Shown here piece after piece: positions 7,631-16,693 of a DNA stretch of 24,178 nt. The stretch is from a virus (taxonomy: Duplodnaviria > Caudoviricetes). The first letter of the stretch is position 1. Every line of letters starts with the position of its first letter. The notes under the pieces were generated by a model. It searched no databases. It saw only the letters and a list, made by a program, of their open reading frames with translations, and had not been told where the DNA came from. Location: positions 1 to 24,178 of the IMG/VR virus record IMGVR_UViG_3300047375_000921; one strand, written 5' to 3'. The position numbers and the translations under genes are program-made.

Positions 7631-8080
7631 TTATTTGCTGATAGTTTGTGAATTTTGGCTTAGCATACGATTAGCGACATCATACAGTACAACCACTGTT
7701 AATCCACTGGCAAGCAATCTCATATCAAATAATAATGCTTCTGGACTAAATGGTGGGAACCACTGTCCGGCATTTGCCATTACATGCCATACTAACCAAC
7801 TACTGCCCAATGCCATATACTTGCTGTCTAATGCTCTACTAATAAAGGGTGCTAATGCTAATGCACCATATGTCATTAACATGCTGTTGTGGAATCCAAT
7901 GAATAGATCGCTCACAAACATAACTGCTAATGGAAACAAGAATGCTAAATTGTTTTTACTTAGGTATGGTGTTAGTACTGCTAAACCTAATAGAGGTTCA
8001 CTGTTTGGTGGTAATGGTAAAAATCTACTGACTACTAATGCACCAAATAAAATTAAACCTGCTTTAATTGTGTTGTTCAT
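7631..8080 (-). CDS. DUF6580-like putative transporter (S-component-like membrane protein)
   Basis: SRFLPLPPNSEP, PLAVMFVSDLFIGFH and WHVMAN patterns; multiple TM segments. Confidence 0.65.
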   Translation of the reverse strand: MNNTIKAGLILFGALVVSRFLPLPPNSEPLLGLAVLTPYLSKNNLAFLFPLAVMFVSDLFIGFHNSMLMTYGALALAPFISRALDSKYMALGSSWLVWHVMANAGQWFPPFSPEALLFDMRLLASGLTVVVLYDVANRMLSQNSQTISK

Positions 8081-8104
8081 GTATGTATTTATTACCTTTT
8101 TAGA

Positions 8105-8563
8105 TTACTTGTTATTGTTTACGAAGTCACTGTCAGCAAATGCAACTCGCTTACGCAAACTGCTTGAACTAAATGAATGATCTCTGCCGTTGTAAATAAT
8201 CTTGCTACCACGTTGTTTAGCAATGTCCTTGCCTGTAAAGTCTTTGTTTTTGTATTCGTCACCCAGTATGCGAACATCAATAGGTAGTGTTAGTAACAAG
8301 TCCATTAAGTCCTGCTCTGTGTTGTAGATAACAATTTCATCTACATATTTAACTGCCGCTAATTGTATTTGTCTTTCAACAATGCTTTGTACTGGTTTGT
8401 TCTTCTCTGGTCTATCTTCTGTGGGGTCGTTTTGTAAGCCAACAATTAAAAAGTCACAATGTCGTTTTGCTTCTTCTAACATTGTAACATGTCCTGCATG
8501 TAGTAAATCAAATGTGCTACAAGTGAATCCTATCTTTCCGCAGTCTTTGTAATGTAATTTCAT
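8105..8563 (-). CDS. Cytidylyltransferase, TagD-like (HIGH nucleotidyltransferase)
   Basis: FDLLHAGH, KYVDE, GDEY, RDHSFSSS. Confidence 0.88.
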   Translation of the reverse strand: MKLHYKDCGKIGFTCSTFDLLHAGHVTMLEEAKRHCDFLIVGLQNDPTEDRPEKNKPVQSIVERQIQLAAVKYVDEIVIYNTEQDLMDLLLTLPIDVRILGDEYKNKDFTGKDIAKQRGSKIIYNGRDHSFSSSSLRKRVAFADSDFVNNNK

Positions 8564-9687
8564 TTGCTAAAACCTAATACCTCGTTTGGTGGAACATTAT
8601 CGTGTACAAATCCAAATATACGTTTGATGTGTTCCAAATCTTTTTCATCTCTCAAACTGCATAGCTCATTGGCAAAATGCAATTCTACATTACAATCCAG
8701 TGCCTTCTGTAATAATTCATGACGTTTAAATGGATTGTCTGGTAAACAGTATATACTACAAAGTACTATTCCGTCAACCTTTTCCAGGCCAATATATTGT
8801 TCAAGTCCTGGCATGAGATCGAAGTATTCGTTTTCAAATTGATAGTCGTTGATTTTAATGCCGTGTTTCTCGCAATAGTCATTAATAACTCTACGTTGCA
8901 TAGGCAATGGTAATTCTTTACTCCACTTGCTGTTCCAACCAGCATAACTAATCCATACCTTGTCAGTGTCGATTGGTCTGTTATCTGGTCTTTCACCTGG
9001 GAAACGGAAATAGCCTCCAGGTAATTTTCTATGGTAATCACCGCCCTTAATTAATATCCTACCGTCCATGCTCCAACGTGTGATATCTGTGTCATTGTTG
9101 ATATTACCATGTACAATTGTTTGATCAAATAAGTGAGATTGACCTGGTTCAAGTGTAACAGGCCAACAATGTTTAACACATTCTTTTTGTAATTTATCGT
9201 AGTCCCAATCCTCTCTGATTGAATCGTGTGTTATACGTTCTGACACATCACGTTCAAGCATCTGCATACTGTTACTCTCATAACATTTTGTGAATGGTGT
9301 CCATATAGTTCTAAGTCCTAAACCATTACCAACCCATACACCTTGATGGAATGCAAGTAGCCTACCTGCCTTTGCTTGGTCTGGTATAACCATTCTGATT
9401 GTAAAGAAACGTTGTACCATCCATTCGTCGCTGTCGATTAGATCTGGAACATATTGTGTATAGAATGCATCAACTCTATCCATGAACTCTGGTCTATCAC
9501 AAGCAAATTGTAAATGTCTACCTAATTCACTTATTTGAATTGGTGTTAATACTTTGTGTATTGTTTCAAGTGTTTCTATTTGTGGGAATTTTTCTTTAGC
9601 AACATCGAGCCAAAAAGTGGGCCAATCGTGTGTTTGTAAGTCATAATCAAGTGTTTTATTGTTCCACTTAGGGTCAAAGTAATGCAT
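8560..9687 (-). CDS. Fe(II)/2-oxoglutarate oxygenase-fold protein (HQG...H triad) fused to a TIGR04323-like sporadic carbohydrate cluster domain
   Basis: Jelly-roll pattern FHQG...IWTPFT...NSM...PGQ..LF...HGN..N....TRWSMDGR; C-terminal MQRRVINDYC...DGIVLCSIYCLP...LHFANE. Confidence 0.7.
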   Translation of the reverse strand: MHYFDPKWNNKTLDYDLQTHDWPTFWLDVAKEKFPQIETLETIHKVLTPIQISELGRHLQFACDRPEFMDRVDAFYTQYVPDLIDSDEWMVQRFFTIRMVIPDQAKAGRLLAFHQGVWVGNGLGLRTIWTPFTKCYESNSMQMLERDVSERITHDSIREDWDYDKLQKECVKHCWPVTLEPGQSHLFDQTIVHGNINNDTDITRWSMDGRILIKGGDYHRKLPGGYFRFPGERPDNRPIDTDKVWISYAGWNSKWSKELPLPMQRRVINDYCEKHGIKINDYQFENEYFDLMPGLEQYIGLEKVDGIVLCSIYCLPDNPFKRHELLQKALDCNVELHFANELCSLRDEKDLEHIKRIFGFVHDNVPPNEVLGFSK

Positions 9688-9720
9688 TAAAATAGTCCTA
9701 TTATTGTTTGGTCAATTAGA

Positions 9721-9726
9721 TAAATA
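9721..9726 (+). promoter_or_regulatory. Late-type promoter for the structural genes
   Basis: gaTAAATA 33 nt before a GTG start that has an AGGAG SD. Confidence 0.65.
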
Positions 9727-9759
9727 CTTATGTAAAAATTCAACTTAGGAGTACTTTAA

Positions 9760-12384
9760 GTGGCAGAACATAAAGATTACGGACTGGCAGGTTCAGGCAG
9801 AAGTTTACAACTTGGTAAACAAGGCCCTAAACTTGTTGGTAATGCAGATACAAGTGTGTTTGTCTTTACTTCAGAAGACGGCACAACTTTAACAAGAGCT
9901 CAAGGAGCAAATGCTACAACGGCCTCCGACTTAGTTACTAAGGCACAATTAGATGCACTTAGTAGCACAATATTAAGTGACGGTTTCAACCTACAACTTG
10001 GTGACATCTCAACAGAAGGAGATGCAAGTTGGACAGATGGAGCAGTACAAACATTAACTAATACCACAACTGTTTCAGAAGGCTTAGATAAGATTAATGA
10101 AGCATTAGAAAACGTTAGAAACAATACCTTTGTTAAGAGTGTTGATTTTTCAACTAACGTGACTTCAGGTGGTAATCCTTTAAGTGTAACATTATCAACA
10201 AGTGTTGTTGGTAGTGCAAACAGATACACTATTGCATGGGGAGATGGCCAAACAACTACTGCAACATCAGACAGTACTCCAAGCCATACATATACTGACA
10301 ATACTAATTCACCATACAGTGTAACCGTAACAGCATTTAATGTTAGTGGTTCAGGCGAAGGTAGTACTGCAAGTACAACAAAAGACAATTTCATAACACT
10401 ATACACTGCAACGCCAGTAGCAGACTTTGATCTGTATGCGGCTTCAAGTGGTGGTAGTGCATTAACTGGTAACAATAGACACATTGATGCTGGTGAAACA
10501 ATATACATTGAAAATACAACATCAAATTCAAGTACAGCAACATGTACATACGAAATTAGTTGGGGGGATGGCTCCGCCAATACTTCAGTAGCATCTGGAG
10601 AGGCTGGAGACGTAGGACAATCACGAGTAAGTCACACATATTCTGCAGATAGTGGCTTCTCGTCCTACACCATTACAATGCAACAAACAGCTCATAACAC
10701 TGCTGATCCAGGTGAAGTTGGTTCAACTACATCAGACTCAATTAAAGTTTACGATCCAGCAGAAGCGGCTCCAAACAATTTAAGTACAAAGACATTGGTA
10801 TTAGACGAAAGCAGTTCAGGTTCAAGTCCAAAACTTGCTGTAGGCTTTACACAAAACTTTAATGCATCAAGTTCAAGTGCAGGTGATACTGTAACAAGAA
10901 TTACATCCAGCAGTGGTGGAACATATATTGAAGCAAGTGCAGATGATTCATATTCATATGATGGTGATGACGGTGACATTAAAGTGTTTGACGGTGACAC
11001 TGAAGCAGGTTCATTAACACTTGCTACAGCAGGTGACGGTGACACTGATGCTAACGTACAATTAATTAACAAGAGTGATTATAACTTATTAACCAGTTCG
11101 GGTTCAAGTACAAGTTTCAGTAACAGTATTTACACACCAAACTTGTACAAAGGATTCAAGCCAAGAGCAAGATTTACGAACTCACAAGTAGCAACTGGTG
11201 TACACGAAATTAAATTAAGACATGACTTTGACGGTTCAGAGCATAGCACAAATACAGTAAAATTTGTGAAAGATGATATGACAAGTAGTCCAAGTATTAG
11301 CACAACTGGTGCAACATTAGTTGAATCAAGTGCAGGAACACTTGCATATGAATCAGGTATTCCTTACTACACAAACAATGCTACATTAACATTGTCAGGA
11401 CTAACTGTGCAGAACTTAACAGGTCAAACATATAAGAATACATCAACTCCAGTAGACCTCACTAACGGTACTAACTATGAAGGCACATCAGGTAGAACTG
11501 TGAATAACCAAGGTTATTCATATGCACAGATTGACGGTACAAGCTCAATGTTAACTGGTAGTATACCAAATGTTAACGTAGGTGTATCAAGTGCATACAG
11601 TTTAGGTGACTTATCAGTTAATGTAAATGGTGGACAAACTGGTGTAGAACAAATTAAGGTGAGAGTAGAAAATGTTAACGGAACATCTTCATACTCAGAA
11701 ATCACAGACAAGAAAATACAAACCAAGAACAGTAGCAGTGGTGTTAGCGAAATCATTCCAGTAGCAGACAGTTTAGGTGCTACACATGATGATGACGGTA
11801 AAAGAATTACAGGCTTTGGTGGTTCAGACGATACACCAACTTTCAGTAGTTCAACTAATTACTATACAGCAAACGCATGGAGCGGTGCTGTAACAGTTGC
11901 AGGAACATCAGAAGCAATAACACGTTTTGGTGACTTAGCTCACTTTAACACTGATTTAAGTACAGGTTACTTGCCAGTAGGGCCAGACTTATCTGGAAGA
12001 AGTGGAGATCAATACTTTACTTTTGCATTTAGAAGAACCACAATGGCTAACTTTGATATCACACTAAGTGGTTCAATTAGCGGATTATGGGTTGCGGCTC
12101 CAGGCACTGACATAGATGACACCAGTACAATTAACGGTTGGATAGATTCAAGTATCACTTACGGTGGTGCTGGTACTCCAGGTGCTGATACAGGTGCAGG
12201 TGGTAACGGCAGTAACGGTTGTGCATTTACATCAGGTGATAGGATACCAACAAGTGGTTCATCAAGTGGAACTTACACAATGACATTAGGTGATCAGAAC
12301 GGTACAGGTGCTACAGGTAATAACATTCTTGTGAGAATAAAACTTGAGTCAGGTGACTCATTAACAGCAGTGAGTATATCATAA
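9760..12384 (+). CDS. Large Ser/Thr/Gly-rich virion protein with two PKD-like domains
   Basis: IAWGDG...HTYTD and ISWGDG...HTYSA PKD motifs; beta-rich composition; no signal peptide; late promoter. Confidence 0.75.
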   Translation: MAEHKDYGLAGSGRSLQLGKQGPKLVGNADTSVFVFTSEDGTTLTRAQGANATTASDLVTKAQLDALSSTILSDGFNLQLGDISTEGDASWTDGAVQTLTNTTTVSEGLDKINEALENVRNNTFVKSVDFSTNVTSGGNPLSVTLSTSVVGSANRYTIAWGDGQTTTATSDSTPSHTYTDNTNSPYSVTVTAFNVSGSGEGSTASTTKDNFITLYTATPVADFDLYAASSGGSALTGNNRHIDAGETIYIENTTSNSSTATCTYEISWGDGSANTSVASGEAGDVGQSRVSHTYSADSGFSSYTITMQQTAHNTADPGEVGSTTSDSIKVYDPAEAAPNNLSTKTLVLDESSSGSSPKLAVGFTQNFNASSSSAGDTVTRITSSSGGTYIEASADDSYSYDGDDGDIKVFDGDTEAGSLTLATAGDGDTDANVQLINKSDYNLLTSSGSSTSFSNSIYTPNLYKGFKPRARFTNSQVATGVHEIKLRHDFDGSEHSTNTVKFVKDDMTSSPSISTTGATLVESSAGTLAYESGIPYYTNNATLTLSGLTVQNLTGQTYKNTSTPVDLTNGTNYEGTSGRTVNNQGYSYAQIDGTSSMLTGSIPNVNVGVSSAYSLGDLSVNVNGGQTGVEQIKVRVENVNGTSSYSEITDKKIQTKNSSSGVSEIIPVADSLGATHDDDGKRITGFGGSDDTPTFSSSTNYYTANAWSGAVTVAGTSEAITRFGDLAHFNTDLSTGYLPVGPDLSGRSGDQYFTFAFRRTTMANFDITLSGSISGLWVAAPGTDIDDTSTINGWIDSSITYGGAGTPGADTGAGGNGSNGCAFTSGDRIPTSGSSSGTYTMTLGDQNGTGATGNNILVRIKLESGDSLTAVSIS

Positions 12385-13451
12385 TGGCAATATCAGACAG
12401 TCAAAAGGTCGATTTACTTTGGAAGAAGGTAGGTTTTAGTAAGGCTAAAACTGATACCAATGCAAATAAAAAGGCTCCCAACGAAGCAATTGTTTCAGAA
12501 GCAATTATTAGACCATCACAGATATGGAACCAAAGTGCTTCGATACCAGTTGTAATACCTTCTGCAAGTTCAAGCCTTGTAACTGTGTACTCCGATACAT
12601 TAAGTAACACTGTAGAGTGTACAGAAGATGCAACATCAAGTAATAACAGAACGTGGAAAGCAGGTAGTACAAACTGGATACCACCTCTATTTGGTGCTAC
12701 ATATCAGTTGAAAGTATACGCATCTACATCAGGTGACAGTTCTCCACAAACTAACGGAACACAATTATTTGAAACTGGTTCCGGCAGTGACGACCAATGG
12801 TTCTTTGACTATCAATCAGGTACACTGAACTTTATTGGTAATAACTTACCTACTGCAATTGGCACAAGTACAAGTAATGTAATTTACATCAGTGGTGCAA
12901 GATACTCAGGTGCAGTTGGTTTAGCAGATGATGGTGCAACTCAAACATATCGTAAGTCATCATTAAGTGCTGTGTACTCAGACAGTGCTATTGCAACTGG
13001 TGACATCATTGAAGTAGCAGATAACGGTGACGGTGAATATGCTGTATACCTTGCTAAACAAGATAACCCAACATCAACAGGACACTTAACATTAATTAGT
13101 TCTAAAGACAGTGCAGGCGCCGATGCCGCTACGTTGAGTGCTAACATACATGAATCAAGTGGTACAGTAACACTTGGAGATTTAAGTGCTACATCAAGAC
13201 CATTAAGTGTTGTATTAGATGTTACTACTGCATTTGACGGTACAGGTTATTCAATAAGTGTTGGTGACGATAACGATAACGAAAGATTAATGACAAATGC
13301 TTATGTTGACTTAGGTGAGACAATAACGTTTATTACTAATCCAAACTATGTATATCAGAATGCCTTAGATGCAGATAATACTCTTAAAGTGTATGTAACT
13401 CAGGGAACTGCAACACAAGGTAATGCTACAGTATTAGTCAGTTATATGTAA
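12384..13451 (+). CDS. Probable virion structural protein
   Basis: TAATG-coupled to the preceding gene; Ser/Thr-rich; WFFDYQSGTLNF beta pattern. Confidence 0.65.
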   Translation: MAISDSQKVDLLWKKVGFSKAKTDTNANKKAPNEAIVSEAIIRPSQIWNQSASIPVVIPSASSSLVTVYSDTLSNTVECTEDATSSNNRTWKAGSTNWIPPLFGATYQLKVYASTSGDSSPQTNGTQLFETGSGSDDQWFFDYQSGTLNFIGNNLPTAIGTSTSNVIYISGARYSGAVGLADDGATQTYRKSSLSAVYSDSAIATGDIIEVADNGDGEYAVYLAKQDNPTSTGHLTLISSKDSAGADAATLSANIHESSGTVTLGDLSATSRPLSVVLDVTTAFDGTGYSISVGDDNDNERLMTNAYVDLGETITFITNPNYVYQNALDADNTLKVYVTQGTATQGNATVLVSYM

Positions 13452-13985
13452 TTTAACTGGTCGATTGTAACGCAATTCGTCAGAAGCAAAATCCTCATAA
13501 TAAACAACATCATGTTCATAGTGCTTGATTATTTTTTCTAATTGAGCATTTTGATTAGTAATAAAATTAGCATACTCTTCATATACGCCTTTAGCACAAT
13601 GTATTGTTACTTCGTCTTCAAATTCATCATGCCACCCTGCTTTATTAGATCTACCTAACAGTTTAGCAACCACATAACTTTTAATCTGTGCATCAGTATC
13701 TTTACGTTTAATAACTGTGAGTTTACTTAAACCAAGTATCTCGTCAAATATTTTTCTGCATGTGCTGTGATGTCCTGCAGGTTCAAGATTGTTTATGTGG
13801 TAAGGAAATACTTTGCCGACAACTGACTTTGATGTGATAAAATAACTGAGATTTTTTACCTTTTGATTATACGAACATTGCTCGTGTATAAACTCATCAA
13901 GATTTTCACATTGTTCTTGTTTAGCAAGATTTTCACAATACCATGTGGTGCCACACCTATAATTACTTAATACAATATGTTTCAT
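13434..13985 (-). CDS. Sulfotransferase-like P-loop protein
   Basis: N-terminal YRCGTT (RSGS/T-type PAPS loop), R.D...Q..S and YYEDF. Confidence 0.6.
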   Translation of the reverse strand: MKHIVLSNYRCGTTWYCENLAKQEQCENLDEFIHEQCSYNQKVKNLSYFITSKSVVGKVFPYHINNLEPAGHHSTCRKIFDEILGLSKLTVIKRKDTDAQIKSYVVAKLLGRSNKAGWHDEFEDEVTIHCAKGVYEEYANFITNQNAQLEKIIKHYEHDVVYYEDFASDELRYNRPVKLHITD

Positions 13986-14012
13986 AATACATATTTAGTA
14001 TTAAACAGCATA

Positions 14013-14020
14013 TATAAATA
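14013..14020 (+). promoter_or_regulatory. T4-type late promoter TATAAATA
   Basis: Exact T4 late consensus, 5 nt before the ATG. Confidence 0.7.
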
Positions 14021-14025
14021 TAATT

Positions 14026-14493
14026 ATGATCTTAACTAAACGTATCACGTTCGATGAAATACTGCCAATATGGAAAGATAAACTGTGGCCAGACAGAGAA
14101 AGTGCCATAGAACCAATGAGTGCAATGACGTGGCCTTTTGATGGCGACCCTGCTCCAATCGATATGGCAATATTTGACTATACTCCTACATTCTGGGGTG
14201 TGTACATAGATGATAAACTTATTGGTGTTAACAGTGGTCACCGTACAACAGATGAGGCATATCGTAGTAGAGGCATTTGGGTAGATCCTGCACATAGAGG
14301 TAAACGCATTTCACAAACATTGTTTGCCTTGCTCACACATCAAGCACAAATAGAAGGTTGTGATAAAGTATGGAGCATTCCACGTAAGAGTGCGTTACAG
14401 GCTTATACCAATGCTGGCTTCCAAACTGTGGGTGACTTTATAGAAACAGAAACATCAGAAGCAAATATCTACGCATACAAATTTTTGTCATAA
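14026..14493 (+). CDS. GNAT family acetyltransferase
   Basis: VDPAHRGKRIS acetyl-CoA motif A and AYTNAGF motif B. Confidence 0.85.
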   Translation: MILTKRITFDEILPIWKDKLWPDRESAIEPMSAMTWPFDGDPAPIDMAIFDYTPTFWGVYIDDKLIGVNSGHRTTDEAYRSRGIWVDPAHRGKRISQTLFALLTHQAQIEGCDKVWSIPRKSALQAYTNAGFQTVGDFIETETSEANIYAYKFLS

Positions 14494-14521
14494 AAAAAGC
14501 AACTAAAAAGTTGCTTCTTTA
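14492..14521. terminator. Intrinsic terminator between convergent GNAT and peroxiredoxin genes
   Basis: AAGCAACT-aaaa-AGTTGCTT flanked by A- and T-rich tracts. Confidence 0.75.
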
Positions 14522-14534
14522 TTAATCTGTATCT

Positions 14535-15068
14535 TTATTCAGAAACTACTTCAACGCCTTGTAAATATGCTAACAATGTTTGAGCATCGGATACTTCAAA
14601 CGGGTCGCCTTCTGCATTATCGCCTAAGCCTGGTTCAATAAAGAATTGTTCAACAACACCGTCATTAACAACCATGCTGTATCTCCAACATCTCATACCA
14701 AAACCAATATTAGTTTTATCTACAAGGAATCCCATTTTACGTGAAAATTCTCCTGCTCCATCTGGAATAGGTTTTACTTTTTCAATGCCCTGTGAACCCA
14801 TCCATGAGTTCATAACAAATGTATCATTAACACTTAAACAATAAATTTCGTCGACGCCTTCTTTGAGGATATCATCATATGCATCTTCGTAACCTGGCAA
14901 GTGTGTACTTGAACAAGTTGGTGTAAATGCTCCGGGTAATGAAAACAGCACAACTCTTTTGCCAGCAAATATATCTCTGGTTGTTAAGTCTTTCCAAGCA
15001 AAGCCAGGTGCTTCATCGATTGATATTCTTGTTTTGAAAGTAACTTCTGGTACTTTAACTACAAACAT
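14535..15068 (-). CDS. Peroxiredoxin (Prx5 class)
   Basis: [27 protein letters not shown]. Confidence 0.93.
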   Translation of the reverse strand: MFVVKVPEVTFKTRISIDEAPGFAWKDLTTRDIFAGKRVVLFSLPGAFTPTCSSTHLPGYEDAYDDILKEGVDEIYCLSVNDTFVMNSWMGSQGIEKVKPIPDGAGEFSRKMGFLVDKTNIGFGMRCWRYSMVVNDGVVEQFFIEPGLGDNAEGDPFEVSDAQTLLAYLQGVEVVSE

Positions 15069-15108
15069 TTATTTCTCCGTGTATATGTGTATGTGCGAAT
15101 ATTTATTA

Positions 15109-15405
15109 TTAAACTTCATCCATGTCAATTTTTAATGGATGATTACTGTGTCTTGCTAACGTTGATGCTTCATAAACTTTTTGTTCTGCAACTTCAAAGT
15201 TATATGTGCCTGCAACTGCTGAACCTTCTTCGTGAATAGCCATTGTTATTTGTCTTGCTTTGTCTAAGTCTTTGTTAAACACTTCAATTAACAATTGGAT
15301 AACAAACTCCATAGGAGTGTAGTCATCGTTCATAAAGATCACATTCCATTGTTTAGGATATGATAGTTTAGTGCGTTCTCTTGTTGATGCTTTAGTTTGT
15401 GCCAT
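15109..15405 (-). CDS. clpS: Clp protease adaptor ClpS
   Basis: NDDYTPMEFV, IHEEG, EVAEQK, HPL. Confidence 0.93.
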   Translation of the reverse strand: MAQTKASTRERTKLSYPKQWNVIFMNDDYTPMEFVIQLLIEVFNKDLDKARQITMAIHEEGSAVAGTYNFEVAEQKVYEASTLARHSNHPLKIDMDEV

Positions 15406-15421
15406 AATAGTTTTTCTTAGT

Positions 15422-15445
15422 TGGGAGGAATTTATATCCCTCCCA
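15422..15445. other. Intergenic hairpin between hsp20 and clpS
   Basis: TGGGAGG...CCTCCCA inverted repeat with no clear U tract. Confidence 0.5.
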
Positions 15446-15461
15446 TTATTTAATAAGGATT

Positions 15462-15902
15462 CTATGAAATGTCAATAGATTGTGGTTTCATTGCTTCTGG
15501 AATATTCCTAAACAGTGAAATTCTCAATATACCATCCTCGAGGCTTGCCTTCTTCACTTCTACATATTCAGCAAGTTTAAAGGTTCTCACAAAATTGCGT
15601 TCAGCAATTCCTTTGTGTAAGTACTCTTTTTCATCTGAGTCAAGGACTTCAGACTTGCCTGTTATTTTAAGTGTGCCATCTTCGAGTTCAATATCAATAT
15701 CTGTTTTCTTAAAGCCTGCTACTGCAAGTGTAATCTCATAGATATCATCATTGTCTTTGCTGATGTTGTAAGGCGGGTAACCTGTTTGTGCATTGGTGAA
15801 ACCTGGGTCATTGAAGAACTCGTTGACCAAACGGTCGAAACCAATTGAGGATTTAAATAGTGGGGTTAATGTTTCGGTCGTGAAACGTAATTGCTTTGTC
15901 AT
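15462..15902 (-). CDS. Small heat-shock protein Hsp20 (IbpA-like)
   Basis: SIGFDR, YPPYNI, LAVAGF, YLHKGIAERNF, PEAMKP. Confidence 0.95.
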   Translation of the reverse strand: MTKQLRFTTETLTPLFKSSIGFDRLVNEFFNDPGFTNAQTGYPPYNISKDNDDIYEITLAVAGFKKTDIDIELEDGTLKITGKSEVLDSDEKEYLHKGIAERNFVRTFKLAEYVEVKKASLEDGILRISLFRNIPEAMKPQSIDIS

Positions 15903-15966
15903 AATAATCTCCTTTAGTAAGCAAGTTAATTTAAACTTTTAAAACCCGTATGGCGAATTAAAAGTT
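15903..15966 (-). promoter_or_regulatory. ROSE-like RNA thermometer
   Basis: CUUGCU-uacuaa-AGGAG anti-SD/SD hairpin, preceded by an AACUUUUA...UAAAAGUU stem. Confidence 0.65.
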
Positions 15967-16346
15967 CGCGGAGTAGAGCGGCATTCGTTAGTGTGTGTCC
16001 TGTCGCTCTATTCTACTTGATTGCACTTGTAAGTTGTCTTCATGTTGCCATTTAGATTCTTTTAGTGGGCAATCCCAAAAAATAATGTATTTGCATATAG
16101 CAGTTACATCATTCTAAACTTGGATGAATAAACCCGAGCACTTTTGAAGACCTACATTTAAAGGCCCGTGCTCTTTTGAAGATTTAATCTTCCGGTGTTC
16201 CAAATTATACTCGAAAGTATCAAAGCAGTTTTACATACTCTGTTAGTTTGCAACGTACAATATTGCGTATACAATAATTATATGTCCAAGTATTGCTACT
16301 TGTAGGAATACACCTTTTCAATATAACTTTGTATTGCTAATATTGT
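15967..16346 (-). ncRNA. Unclassified multi-hairpin structured RNA / long 5' leader
   Basis: No ORF of plausible length; consecutive inverted repeats; TAAATA at 16352-16357 just upstream. Strand assignment is uncertain. Confidence 0.55.
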
Positions 16347-16364
16347 AATTTTATTTATCATCTT

Positions 16365-16387
16365 AAAACCACTCATAGGGTTTTTTT
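16365..16387. terminator. Weak terminator-like hairpin
   Basis: AAAACC-actcatag-GGTTTTTTT. Confidence 0.45.
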
Positions 16388-16396
16388 GGTAAAAAT

Positions 16397-16693
16397 TTAT
16401 ATAAATTCCCAATTTTTCTCAGAATGTTTCATTGATGTCTTTGGTAATTCATTTAAGAATGTTAAATTAAACACTGCTAAGTCTTCTGCAGTTTCAAATT
16501 CAGCAGTAACAGTTAAGCCTAATCCGTAACCGTCTGGTTCTAAATGCTTAGTAAAATCTACATTACATTGTTGATCTTCTACCCAGTTACGGTATTTCCT
16601 AATGGTGTTGTGTATTGCTCCATCCATTATCCATTCGTAATCTGCATCGTCACTGACTTTACTTTTAATTATATTTGTTATGTAGTTAGCCAA
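16397..16693 (-). CDS. Phage hypothetical protein
   Basis: 98-aa ORF with TTG start overlapping the upstream gene. Confidence 0.65.
   Translation of the reverse strand: MANYITNIIKSKVSDDADYEWIMDGAIHNTIRKYRNWVEDQQCNVDFTKHLEPDGYGLGLTVTAEFETAEDLAVFNLTFLNELPKTSMKHSEKNWEFI

Noticed and set aside
13434-13451. Convergent 3' overlap of two genes
   Set aside because: An 18-bp tail overlap is ordinary in compact phage genomes.
15967-16346. tmRNA, RNase P, self-splicing intron or retron msr-msd
   Set aside because: No tRNA-like ends, no RNase P P4 motif, no intron core recognised, and no reverse transcriptase in the window.
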